A DNA stretch of 64,000 bases from positions 1,315 to 65,314 of the forward strand of contig VBFR01000183.1 in the NCBI GenBank assembly GCA_005889345.1. The letters run 5' to 3'. Shown here piece by piece: positions 1 to 8,787 of this stretch. The notes under the pieces were generated by a model that did not search any database, was not told the DNA's origin, and worked only from the letters and a program-made list of their open reading frames with translations. Origin of the DNA: Chloroflexota bacterium. Its GTDB lineage: Bacteria; Chloroflexota; Dormibacteria; CF-121. Every line of letters starts with the position of its first letter. Position 1 is the first letter of the stretch. The translations under genes and the position numbers were made by a program.

Positions 1-744
1 CGCAAGCCGAAGGCTCTCGTGGTGGCGACCGATGAAGACTGGCGGCCGGCCTTTCGCGTGGACGTGATCGCGAGTTACAAGACGGATCGCCTCGAGCGCG
101 GCGCCATGCCACCGGAGCTCCAGCCCCAGGAGCCGATCATCCATGCGGTCCTCCACGCGATTGGCGTCGAGGTGTTGGGAGCGGCAGGTTTCGAGGCCGA
201 AGACGTGATCGCCTCTCTGCTGCCGAAGATCAGCGGCAAGGTCGAGATCGTGACCGGCGACCGCGACCTCTTTTCGCTGGTGCGCGATCCGGATGTGACC
301 GTGCTCTACACGCAGAAGGGAATCGGCAACCTTCTAGTCGTCGATGAGGCGGAGGTCGAGCGCCGCTACGGCATCCCCGGTCGTTCGTACGGCGACTACG
401 CGGTGCTGCGCGGCGATCCGTCGGACGGGCTGCCCGGTGTGCCCGGCGTGGGGGAGAAGACGGCCGCCCAGCTGGTGCGTCGTTTCAAGGACCTCGACGG
501 GATCATCGCCAGCGGCAAGCTGGGTGATGTCGCCAACGCCTACATCCAGCGGGCACGCCGGGTCGGCGTCCCGGTCGGGATAGCCCCGGTCGCAAAACCG
601 AACGGGACGCGGCCTGCGGCACCCAAGGATCCGGTAGCGCTGGCAAAACTGACGGAAACCTATGGCATCGGCTCGTCGATCGACCGGCTGGTTCGAGCGC
701 TGGCCGGACCCCAGCCCCGAATCGTTGATACGCTTGGCGCGTGA
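1..744 (+). CDS. 5'-3' exonuclease / flap endonuclease (PolA N-terminal-like), 5' end outside window
   Basis: Frame open from base 1; motifs FEAEDVIA, IVTGDRD, LRGDPSDGLPGVPGVGEKTA (helix-3-turn-helix). Confidence 0.9.
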   Translation, partial: RKPKALVVATDEDWRPAFRVDVIASYKTDRLERGAMPPELQPQEPIIHAVLHAIGVEVLGAAGFEAEDVIASLLPKISGKVEIVTGDRDLFSLVRDPDVTVLYTQKGIGNLLVVDEAEVERRYGIPGRSYGDYAVLRGDPSDGLPGVPGVGEKTAAQLVRRFKDLDGIIASGKLGDVANAYIQRARRVGVPVGIAPVAKPNGTRPAAPKDPVALAKLTETYGIGSSIDRLVRALAGPQPRIVDTLGA

Positions 745-1010
745 TCGATCCCAAGCACCGCGTCACGATCGAATACTGCGTTCCCTGAAACTACCTCGAC
801 CAAGCCGTCGGTCTGGCGGCTGAGATCCTCGGGGCCTGGGCCCCGGTGATGATCGATGTGTCGCTGCGCACGGGGAGCAAGGGGCGCTTCGAGGTCACGC
901 TCGACGACCAGATGATCTTCAGCAAGGTCAAGTTGCATCGGTTTCCAAAGCGTGGTGAGATCCTCAAGCTCGCCGAGCCGGTGCTCGGACCGCCAATCGC
1001 CTGGCGCTAG
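741..1010 (+). CDS. SelT/SelW/SelH (Rdx) family selenoprotein, 89 aa, Sec encoded by TGA at 786-788
   Basis: GTG start overlaps upstream stop (GTGA); translates MIDPKHRVTIEYCVPUNYLDQAVGLAAEIL...GSKGRFEVTLDDQMIFSKVKLHRFP; CxxU plus GxFEV and RFP Rdx motifs; absent from the ORF track. Confidence 0.9.
803..821 (+). promoter_or_regulatory. Putative bacterial SECIS hairpin
   Basis: AGCCGTC-GGTCT-GGCGGCT: 7-bp stem; the G-initiated loop is separated from the UGA by 21 nt. Confidence 0.75.
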
Positions 1011-2206
1011 CGCACAATTCACTCGTCCGCCGTCCACTCCCGTACCTGCTCGCGCTGCTGCTGGCGGCCGCGGCCTTCCAGTACTTCCGCCCGCTGCCGC
1101 TGACCGCGGCGACCGCGGTCGTCCCGGCAACGGAACGCCTCGGAAGCGCACCAGCATTGCCCTGGCCGGCGCAGGGCGAGGCGGCCCTGTTCGTCGACGG
1201 CCTTGGCGAAATCGGGAGCTTCGGCGGACGATCCCCGGCGCCGATGGCCAGTACCGCCAAGATGATGACGGCGCTTATCCTGCTGGAAGATCATCCGCTC
1301 GGCCTCAATGAACCTGGGCCGACCATCACGGTCACGCGAGCCGACGTCAACACGTTCTACGCTCAACGAAATCAGGGGGAGTCCGTCCTGCCGGTGGTCG
1401 CCGGAGAGCAACTGAGTGAGTACCAGTTACTGCAGGGCCTGCTCCTGCCATCCGCGAGTAACTTCGCCGAGATGCTGGCAACCTGGGACCTCGGCGGCGT
1501 GCCGGCCTTCATCGCCCGCATGAACGCCCGAGCCACGGCGCTCGGCATGAGCGCCACCCATTACGCCGATGTCAGCGGCTTCTCCCCATTGAGCGTCAGC
1601 ATCCCGTCGGACCTGATCACGCTCGGCAAGACGGCGATGTTGCAACCGGTTTTCGCGCAGATCGTCGGCCTGCCGCAAGCCAGCCTGCCGGTCGCGGGCG
1701 TCGTCCACAATCTCGATACCCTCCTCGGCCAGCAGGGCGTGGTCGGGATCAAGACCGGGCACACCGACCAGGCGGGGGGATGCTTCGTCGCGGCGGCCGA
1801 CCTGACGATCGATGGCATCGCGGTGCGCGCGTATAGCGCGGTGCTGGGACAGCCCAGTGCCCTCGCGGGTGCTTTCGCGGCGACACGTACGTTGGTGCCG
1901 GCCCTGGTCTCGGCGCTCCATGCGCATACGGTGGTCCGCCACGACGACGTCATCGCCCGCTATCGCGCGCCATGGGATGAGTCGGGCAGCATCGTGGCGA
2001 GCCAGTCGGTCACGTGGCTCCTGCTCGACGGCACCGTCGTCACGCGCCAGGTGAAGCTCGACGACCTACCGGCCACGCTGCCGGCCGGAACGCGAGTTGG
2101 CACGCTGCTCCTGACGGCGGGCACGCGCCAGGCCGAGGTCCCCCTGGTAACGGCCACCGCCATCCAGGGCCCCGACGCGGGCTGGCGCCTGACGCGGGGA
2201 CTTTAG
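1001..2206 (+). CDS. D-alanyl-D-alanine carboxypeptidase (peptidase S11, DacA-like); start uncertain (CTG 1001 or TTG 1157)
   Basis: STAK (SxxK), SASN and KTGHT motifs; in-frame hydrophobic anchor PLPYLLALLLAAAAFQYF lies upstream of the first canonical start. Confidence 0.85.
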   Translation: MALAHNSLVRRPLPYLLALLLAAAAFQYFRPLPLTAATAVVPATERLGSAPALPWPAQGEAALFVDGLGEIGSFGGRSPAPMASTAKMMTALILLEDHPLGLNEPGPTITVTRADVNTFYAQRNQGESVLPVVAGEQLSEYQLLQGLLLPSASNFAEMLATWDLGGVPAFIARMNARATALGMSATHYADVSGFSPLSVSIPSDLITLGKTAMLQPVFAQIVGLPQASLPVAGVVHNLDTLLGQQGVVGIKTGHTDQAGGCFVAAADLTIDGIAVRAYSAVLGQPSALAGAFAATRTLVPALVSALHAHTVVRHDDVIARYRAPWDESGSIVASQSVTWLLLDGTVVTRQVKLDDLPATLPAGTRVGTLLLTAGTRQAEVPLVTATAIQGPDAGWRLTRGL

Positions 2207-2255
2207 ATCCGGCTTAAAGTTCGTAACGAGCGGGGCTGGTCAGCGTTCACGAGGC

Positions 2256-3491
2256 ATGGCGGCGTTCGCGGCGACTCGACCGGCAACTACCGGTGCGCGG
2301 GATCATCCGTTCGCCGGCGAGCGGCGCTTCAGGCTGTTTGCCGCTGCCGCGCTGGTCTCGATGCAGACCCTGGCCGCGGTCGGACTCGGATGGGATATCC
2401 AATGGCATCGGTGGCTCGGACGCGACTCGTTCCTGACGCCGCCGCACCTCATCATCTACACGGGCGTTGTTGGCGCCGGATTGATTTGCATTGCGGTCGT
2501 GCTGATCGAGACTGAGCGGTACTGGCGGCGGGTTCCCGGGGTTGACCGAACCTCGACCGTTTCCTTACTTGGCGTGTTCCACGCCCCGCTTGGATTCGTT
2601 CTCGCTGGTTTCGGTGCGCTCACCATGGCGCTGGCCGCGCCGCTGGACAATTACTGGCACCAGCTCTACGGCGTGGACGTGACCCTCTGGTCTCCCTTCC
2701 ACATGATGGGCCTGATCGGGGCCGGCATCGCGTACCTCGGCGCGGCCTACGCGCTCGCGTCAGAGCTGGTGCGTTCGCGCCGGGATGGGACCGCCGGGCG
2801 TCGCGTGATGATCTTCGGCTGGCCGGGCATCGCCCTCGGCGCGCTGTTCGCGCTGACGGCCGTGCTGCGCCTCGTTCGGGTCTTGATGGAGCCGTCGATC
2901 GAGACCTTTCCGACCTGGCAGCTTGGTCCCATCGAGGTGCTGACCAGCCCGATCGGTCTCACGCTTGCGGTGGTCCTGACTTCGATGGCCGCCGTCGTCA
3001 TGCTCCGCAAGCCGGGCGCCGCCACGCTGATGACCGTTATGGCGGCACTGTTCACCGCCACCGTGACCCTGCTGGCACCCATTGCCGTTCGTATCGTCGG
3101 TGATGCCTCCGGCTACACCTACCGCCTGCCAGGCCATCCACACATCAATTGGATCCAGGTGCTGCTGCCGTTTGCCTACGTGCTGCCGGCGATTGCGGTC
3201 GACGTCGCCTATCTGGCCCAGCTTCGGCGCTGGCATCGGATGCGAGCCAGCCTCATCGCCGGACTGGCGGGGTCGCTGCCAATGACGGCGATCGCCACCA
3301 TCCTCACCCTCGACGGCATCTCCAGCACGCAAGCGGCGCTCAGGATGCTTCCGGCCAGCTCCAACGACCTGCCGCCGCAGCCCGCCTTCCATGCGATCGC
3401 GTTGGGAGCTCTGCTCGCACTGGTCGTTGGTGGGTATGCAGGCCGGATCGGAGAGCAGCTTGGACGGATCTGGAGGCTGAACACCCGATGA
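2256..3491 (+). CDS. Polytopic membrane protein with two D-x2-W-H...P-x-H motifs (PmoC/AmoC-like metal site)
   Basis: Many TM helices; WDIQWHRWLGRDSFLTPPH and LDNYWHQLYGVDVTLWSPFH. Confidence 0.7.
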   Translation: MAAFAATRPATTGARDHPFAGERRFRLFAAAALVSMQTLAAVGLGWDIQWHRWLGRDSFLTPPHLIIYTGVVGAGLICIAVVLIETERYWRRVPGVDRTSTVSLLGVFHAPLGFVLAGFGALTMALAAPLDNYWHQLYGVDVTLWSPFHMMGLIGAGIAYLGAAYALASELVRSRRDGTAGRRVMIFGWPGIALGALFALTAVLRLVRVLMEPSIETFPTWQLGPIEVLTSPIGLTLAVVLTSMAAVVMLRKPGAATLMTVMAALFTATVTLLAPIAVRIVGDASGYTYRLPGHPHINWIQVLLPFAYVLPAIAVDVAYLAQLRRWHRMRASLIAGLAGSLPMTAIATILTLDGISSTQAALRMLPASSNDLPPQPAFHAIALGALLALVVGGYAGRIGEQLGRIWRLNTR

Positions 3492-4060
3492 TGCGCCGGT
3501 GGCCGTCCGCACTGCTGGCCGTAGTGTGGCTGGGGCTGTCGGGCATCTCAGCCGCGGCGCAGGGACCGATCCGTTCGGAAACGCGCTACGCGGGCGCCTA
3601 CACGCTGCGAATCGACCTCTATAGCGACCCCGCTTTCACGGGTCGACGCCTGACCTTCGACGTGGTGGTGGCAGCAGCCGGCACCACCGATCAGCTCCGG
3701 AACCTGACGCTCGCGGCCTGGGCCATGCCCGAGGCCGGCACCAACGCGACCCCGGTCCGGGCCAGCATCAGCCAGGCCGGGCACGCCCTCGGGGGCTTCC
3801 AGGGATCCGTGACGCCGCAGGTGCGAGGAAGCTATCGTCTGCACCTGATCATCAGCGGGCCGGCCGGGACGAACGCCGTTGACCTGCCACTTCGCGTCGC
3901 GGCTCCGACCGCGATCCCGATCTGGCTCGCGTGGTCGATCGGGCTCTTACCGCTGCTCGGCCTGTTCGTGTTCGGGCTTCAGCAGCGCTCCGACCTGGCC
4001 CGCCTCCAGCTCATGGGTTCCACGGGGGAGGGCGGCGCATCAAGTCACGTCGTGACTTGA
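3488..4060 (+). CDS. Exported Ig-like (YtkA/FixH-like) protein with C-terminal TM anchor
   Basis: ATGA overlap with upstream gene; signal peptide MMRRWPSALLAVVWLG..AAA; beta-rich with GSYRLHLIISGPAG; C-terminal TM. Confidence 0.6.
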   Translation: MMRRWPSALLAVVWLGLSGISAAAQGPIRSETRYAGAYTLRIDLYSDPAFTGRRLTFDVVVAAAGTTDQLRNLTLAAWAMPEAGTNATPVRASISQAGHALGGFQGSVTPQVRGSYRLHLIISGPAGTNAVDLPLRVAAPTAIPIWLAWSIGLLPLLGLFVFGLQQRSDLARLQLMGSTGEGGASSHVVT

Positions 4061-6779
4061 TCCCCAGTTTTCGGTAGACATGCTGCAGGTGGGTCTCGAC
4101 CGTGTGCACGGAAACGGTGAGCCGCTGCGAGATCTCTCGATCCGACATCCCCTCGTAGGCGAGGCTGGCGACCCGAGCCTCGGCACCCGTCAGGGCATCG
4201 GGATTCTCTCGACGGCGGCGCTGGCGCCCGCCGACGGCGCCGAGCTCTTCGGCGGCACGAGTGGCGATCAGTTCGGCGCCAACCGAGTCCGCCAGCTCCA
4301 GCGCTTGGGCAAACGGTTTACGTGCCGCAACGCGCTCGCCCCGGCGTCGAAGGTAAACCCCGTAGCGTAAAAGGACGCGCGCCTGCAACGGTGGCGAGGG
4401 GACCGCGCGGCTCAACGCTCGCGCCTCTTCGTAGGCGGCCTCGACGCCTGGGCGATCACCGATCATGTCGGCTGCGGTGGCCCGCGCAAGTGCGAGCACG
4501 ACGCGCGGGCTTCGGCAGGGCAGGTGGCCAAGGCTTCCCTGCAGCCGTTCAACGATTCGCGCGGCATCCGACTCCCGATGGCTGACTGCGTAGGCGCCCA
4601 TCGCGTCGCCCATCCAGGGGACGACGCACGGCTCGAGGATCCCCGTCTGGTCCGCGAGGGCCTCGATCTTTTCGAAGAGTGCGCACGCGTCTTCCCGCCG
4701 GCGGTCCGCGAGCGCGAGCTGAGCGTCGACGTGCCAGAGCCACAATGAGCCGGGCCACCCGGCAATCGGATTTGCCAGCGAACGGGCCGTCTCGGTCCAT
4801 GATCGGGCCTCATCGAGCCGCCCCATCTCTATAAGGATGTAGCTGTGGGCGATGGCGGCCCAGAAGGCTCGCTCCGGAGCCAGATCGGCCAGGGCGCTGG
4901 CCCGGTCGAGCAGACTCAGGCCTTCCTGAAACCGCCCGGTACGGGCGCAGGTGTCGGCATGCATCACCGCCAGCGAGGCAATGGCTACGGGAAGGTTGAG
5001 TTGCTCAGCGGTCACCATGCCGGCCTTGAAGGCGCGTTCCGCCTCGTCATATCGCTCCATCCACTTGGCAACGTTGCCGTGGAGGCCGATCGCGCCCCAC
5101 GTCCAGGCGAAGTTGCCGATATCGCTGACAGGGTCCGCCTCGGCCTGCCGAGCCGCCTTCTCGATCACCTCGATTCCCTGCGGGTCACCCCCGACAAACG
5201 CCGAGAACGCCCACGCCGTTTCAGCGCGGATGCGGACGTCCTCGGACGCGTCGCGCGCCAATGCCTTCGCGCGGGCGGCAAGGGGTGTCGCACGAGCCGG
5301 CCCGACGGTGGGCCACGAAACATAGACCGCCTCCAGCAACGTGGTGACCGCCTCGCCCGGGTCAGATGGCGGCGAGGCGTTGACGGCCTGTTGGAATTCC
5401 CGCAGAGCGCCATCCGGGTCACCGCCGATGAAGCGGGCCCGTCCCAGCAACCGGCGCGCCGCCATCCGTTCGTCCTCAGCGAGCTCATCCATGGCGAGCA
5501 GCCGGCGGCAGATTGCCAGCGTTGCCTGGGCGTCGCCGCTCGCCAGCAACACGCCGGCAAGTGTCAGGAGCACGTCCACGCCGGCGCGGGAACCCGCCAG
5601 GGCCACAGCGGCCTCCAACCGCTGCCGGGCCGTGGCGAGAGCGCCCGCATCGCGCGCCTGGCGGCCGGCGCGTTCCAACACGGCGATCGCCTCAGGGTCA
5701 CCGGCGAGATCCGCGCGCATGGCATGTTCGGCGGCCTCAGCCGGATCGACGCCGCGCGCCAGCAAGGCCCGGAAGGCGATCGCGTGTTTGCCCGAGCGAA
5801 CGGGTGCCGGCACGCGCTCGTAGAGGGTCTGCCGCAGCAGCGGATGGGCAAATTCCGCCACCCCGTTTCTTGCGCGAACGACACCGCTGGCGAACAGGCT
5901 TTCCAGCGCCCCCTCCGCCTCGGGTCCTGAGAGTCCCGCCAGCTCCGCGGCCAGGGCCGGGCGGAAGGTGGTTCCAAGGATCGCGGCGGCGTCGGCGTAG
6001 CGGCGCTCGGAACCGCCACCGGCAAAGCGGCTCAGCAGCAAATCGGCCTCAGAATTCTCAACGCCCGGCGTTGATGGCGGAACATCCTTGCCACGGGCCA
6101 TCTGGATCGCCGCGTGCTCCAGGAGCAGGGGATTGCCCGAGGTCAGCGAAAACGCGCGGCTGACCTGTTCCGGTGGCAGGCTGCCGCCCACACGTTCCGC
6201 TAGGAGCGCCCCCGAGGCCTCCGCGCTGAGGAGATTGAGGCGCTCGATGCGGGCATCACCGCTCGTTGCCAGTCGTTGGGTCATGTTGAGCGCGTTCGGC
6301 GGCCCTGGTCGCAGCGTCCCGATGAGCGCGACCGGCAGCGGCCCGATTCGGCGACCGAGAAAAGACAGCAGACCGAGCGAATCGGGGTCCGCCCAATGGA
6401 GGTCGTCGAGCAGCAAGAGCACTGGCTCGACGCTCCGGCGCTGAAGAAAACGGAGCACGCCGTAGAAGCGGGCGGAGCGGGCATCGGTCCCGACAATGGT
6501 TGGCGTGCCCTCGGGCTCGATCGCGCCCTGGCTGCCCAGATCATCGAGGGCCTGGCTGAAGATCCCGAATGGGAGGGCGACCTCGGTCGCATCTCCCTGG
6601 CCGTCACCTACGACAAAAGTGGGTCCGGCCATTTGCCGGGCGCGATCGAGCATCGTGGTCTTTCCCAGCCCGGCCTCCGCGACAAGGAACAGCACACCAC
6701 CTCGCCCAGCTCGAGCCTCATCCAACGTGGCGTCGATCGCCGCGATCGCGGCTTCGCGCTCCCAAACCGGATGCCCCAA
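4011..6779 (-). CDS. Large ATP-binding LuxR-family regulator (AAA + TPR-like + LuxR HTH)
   Basis: AEAGLGKT Walker A, LLLDDLHWAD Walker B, C-terminal LTGAEARVA...TVETHLQHVYRKLGI. Confidence 0.9.
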   Translation of the reverse strand: MGHPVWEREAAIAAIDATLDEARAGRGGVLFLVAEAGLGKTTMLDRARQMAGPTFVVGDGQGDATEVALPFGIFSQALDDLGSQGAIEPEGTPTIVGTDARSARFYGVLRFLQRRSVEPVLLLLDDLHWADPDSLGLLSFLGRRIGPLPVALIGTLRPGPPNALNMTQRLATSGDARIERLNLLSAEASGALLAERVGGSLPPEQVSRAFSLTSGNPLLLEHAAIQMARGKDVPPSTPGVENSEADLLLSRFAGGGSERRYADAAAILGTTFRPALAAELAGLSGPEAEGALESLFASGVVRARNGVAEFAHPLLRQTLYERVPAPVRSGKHAIAFRALLARGVDPAEAAEHAMRADLAGDPEAIAVLERAGRQARDAGALATARQRLEAAVALAGSRAGVDVLLTLAGVLLASGDAQATLAICRRLLAMDELAEDERMAARRLLGRARFIGGDPDGALREFQQAVNASPPSDPGEAVTTLLEAVYVSWPTVGPARATPLAARAKALARDASEDVRIRAETAWAFSAFVGGDPQGIEVIEKAARQAEADPVSDIGNFAWTWGAIGLHGNVAKWMERYDEAERAFKAGMVTAEQLNLPVAIASLAVMHADTCARTGRFQEGLSLLDRASALADLAPERAFWAAIAHSYILIEMGRLDEARSWTETARSLANPIAGWPGSLWLWHVDAQLALADRRREDACALFEKIEALADQTGILEPCVVPWMGDAMGAYAVSHRESDAARIVERLQGSLGHLPCRSPRVVLALARATAADMIGDRPGVEAAYEEARALSRAVPSPPLQARVLLRYGVYLRRRGERVAARKPFAQALELADSVGAELIATRAAEELGAVGGRQRRRRENPDALTGAEARVASLAYEGMSDREISQRLTVSVHTVETHLQHVYRKLGIKSRRDLMRRPPPWNP

Positions 6780-6828
6780 CTTCGCTCCCCGCGTAATGCT
6801 ACTCGCGGTGGCAAACGGTTACCGGATG

Positions 6829-7929
6829 CTAGTCAGGACTGCCCCAGCTCGCCGGCTTCAGGTCGATGCCATCGGGAATGAAGAGCAAACCGTCGGTGCG
6901 GCCGCGGCGATCGTCGACGCCGTATTGCCAGACGATCTTGTTCGTCTTTGGATCGATGACGATCACCCGGTTACGAAAGTCGTCGTTGAGCGCGATGTCG
7001 CCATTACCGAGGGCGATTGCGAGCGATGGGTGGTCGAGCATCCCCGGGCCGAAGCGGGGCGCATAACGCCAGACCGGCTGTCCCTTTGGGGTCATGATCA
7101 GGATCTGTCCGGGTCGGGCGTAATCGACCAGGAGGATGTTCCCGTCCGGCAGCATCTGCGCATCGGATGGATACTGAATGCCTGGTGCCCGGGTCGTCCA
7201 GTAGAGGGTGCCGTCCCAGCCGACCTCGCTAACCCAGGCGCCCAGGATCTCCGTGATCAGGACGTGGCCGTTCGCCAGCGGCGTGTCGCCGTTGGGCAGG
7301 CCGAAGGTCTTTGGCGGGTTGTGGGCGCAGTAGCCGGTCCGACCAAGTTGGGTCTTGATGGTTTTCGTGTCGTGATCGATGAGGATCACGCGGCAGTTGC
7401 GAATGTCCGCAACCCCAACGTTGCCGTCGGGCCACATGTAGGCGTCGTCCGGGCCATTGAGAAAGCCCCTGGCCGAGCCGTGGCGCTCGGACACGCCGTA
7501 TTGCCAGTCGATCCGATGGCTGGCGTAATCGACCAGCACGACCGCGTGCGACTCCTCCTCGTTGATGACGATCGATTTCCCGTCGGGGGCGTAGAAGGCG
7601 TCGTCGGGCCAGCGGAATCGCTCACCGGGCTGCAAATCGCCCGGCCGTGGGAATTCCCAGACGATCTTGCGGTCGGGCGTCACCTCGATCACGCGGTTGT
7701 TGGCGCGGTCGGCGATCAGCAGGTTGGCGGGCATCACGCCTGGGGCCGCAGTCGGCGGCGGTGCCGGCGTTGTCGCCGGGACCGGTGAGGGTGGTGGAAG
7801 CTCCTCGGCTTGCTGCGCCGCCTTCTGCGGCGCTGCTGCTGGGGATGAGCCGGAACAGCCCGCCAGGGCAAGGAAAAACGTCGCGAAGAGCGGCAGGACC
7901 GATAAGAACCTCTTAAGGAATGCCGCCAC
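6829..7929 (-). CDS. Beta-propeller lipoprotein (NHL/PQQ-like repeats)
   Basis: Lipobox LAGC; Pro/Ala linker; repeats such as LIADRANNRVIEV, PDDA, VWQYG. Confidence 0.75.
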   Translation of the reverse strand: MAAFLKRFLSVLPLFATFFLALAGCSGSSPAAAPQKAAQQAEELPPPSPVPATTPAPPPTAAPGVMPANLLIADRANNRVIEVTPDRKIVWEFPRPGDLQPGERFRWPDDAFYAPDGKSIVINEEESHAVVLVDYASHRIDWQYGVSERHGSARGFLNGPDDAYMWPDGNVGVADIRNCRVILIDHDTKTIKTQLGRTGYCAHNPPKTFGLPNGDTPLANGHVLITEILGAWVSEVGWDGTLYWTTRAPGIQYPSDAQMLPDGNILLVDYARPGQILIMTPKGQPVWRYAPRFGPGMLDHPSLAIALGNGDIALNDDFRNRVIVIDPKTNKIVWQYGVDDRRGRTDGLLFIPDGIDLKPASWGSPD

Positions 7930-8041
7930 GCTACCGCGAAGTATAGGTATTCTGAAATCGGCCCAAGGCGCCGCACGTTTGGCAATAGGAAATCGCCTCG
8001 AGGTCCACGCGGTTTGCTACTGTGAAATCGAGGGCTCGATC

Positions 8042-8173
8042 ATGGGATTCACGAGCAAGCCTGTCAGGGTCATCGAAATACCGGAACCGGTGTCGGAGCC
8101 GTTGCTTGCCCCCGAGAGCGAGCCGCAGCGCACCGAGAGGGAAGAAGAGGTTCCGGTTACAACTCCGGCATGA
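8042..8173 (+). CDS. Small acidic Pro/Glu-rich peptide, 43 aa (MGFTSKPVRVIEIPEPVSEP...)
   Basis: ATG preceded by GAGGG; stop overlaps next start (ATGA). Confidence 0.55.
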   Translation: MGFTSKPVRVIEIPEPVSEPLLAPESEPQRTEREEEVPVTTPA

Positions 8174-8766
8174 TCCCGGCGGTGGGTTACCGCTTCTGGC
8201 GGGTGGACCCTGACGATGCCTGGACGCGCGGCCGCTTGCAATCGCCCGTGGCGGAGACGCTCTGGCCGCCCCTGGACCGGCTCGACGCGGAGTGTCAAAC
8301 GCGTCCTGGTCTCCGTCTCGCCCGCGCCGGACTGCACCGCCACGACGAGGAGCGGATGTCGCCGGAGCCGGCGTGCAGCTGCGGCATCTATGCCTACCAC
8401 GACATCGCGCCCATGACTCGCGCGTTACGCGAGGAGCCCTATATGTTCGGTGGCGCCGTGCTGTGCTGGGGACGGATCGTGATCCATCCTGAGGGGCTGC
8501 GCGCCCAACACGCGCGGCCGCTGGCCCTCTGCCGGCCGGAAAGCCCGGGCGTGCAACAACGGACCGCTCTCCTTCTCCGCGAGGTCACCAGGGAGTATGC
8601 GATCCCCTTGCTCGAGCTCCGCGACCTGGTGGCGTACGCGAGCGAGTTCGGCGCCAGTTACAAGCCGGAACCGATTCCGCCGTCACGACGGGGCCTGGCG
8701 CGGGTCAGAGACGCCCTCTCCTGGCGTCAGATGCGACACCGACTGGGTAAAGCGTTCGGCGGGTAG
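8170..8766 (+). CDS. Hypothetical protein with Cys/His cluster (C..H..CSCGIYA)
   Basis: ORF coupled to the peptide; motifs GYRFWR, CSCGIYAY, GAVLCWGRIV.H.EGLRAQHA. Confidence 0.7.
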   Translation: MIPAVGYRFWRVDPDDAWTRGRLQSPVAETLWPPLDRLDAECQTRPGLRLARAGLHRHDEERMSPEPACSCGIYAYHDIAPMTRALREEPYMFGGAVLCWGRIVIHPEGLRAQHARPLALCRPESPGVQQRTALLLREVTREYAIPLLELRDLVAYASEFGASYKPEPIPPSRRGLARVRDALSWRQMRHRLGKAFGG

Positions 8767-8787
8767 ACCCCGCTCGACGGTCGTCCG

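Noticed and set aside
741..1010. Pseudogene with premature stop
   Set aside because: The TGA falls exactly at the second redox position of CxxC and is followed by a SECIS-like hairpin, so Sec recoding fits better
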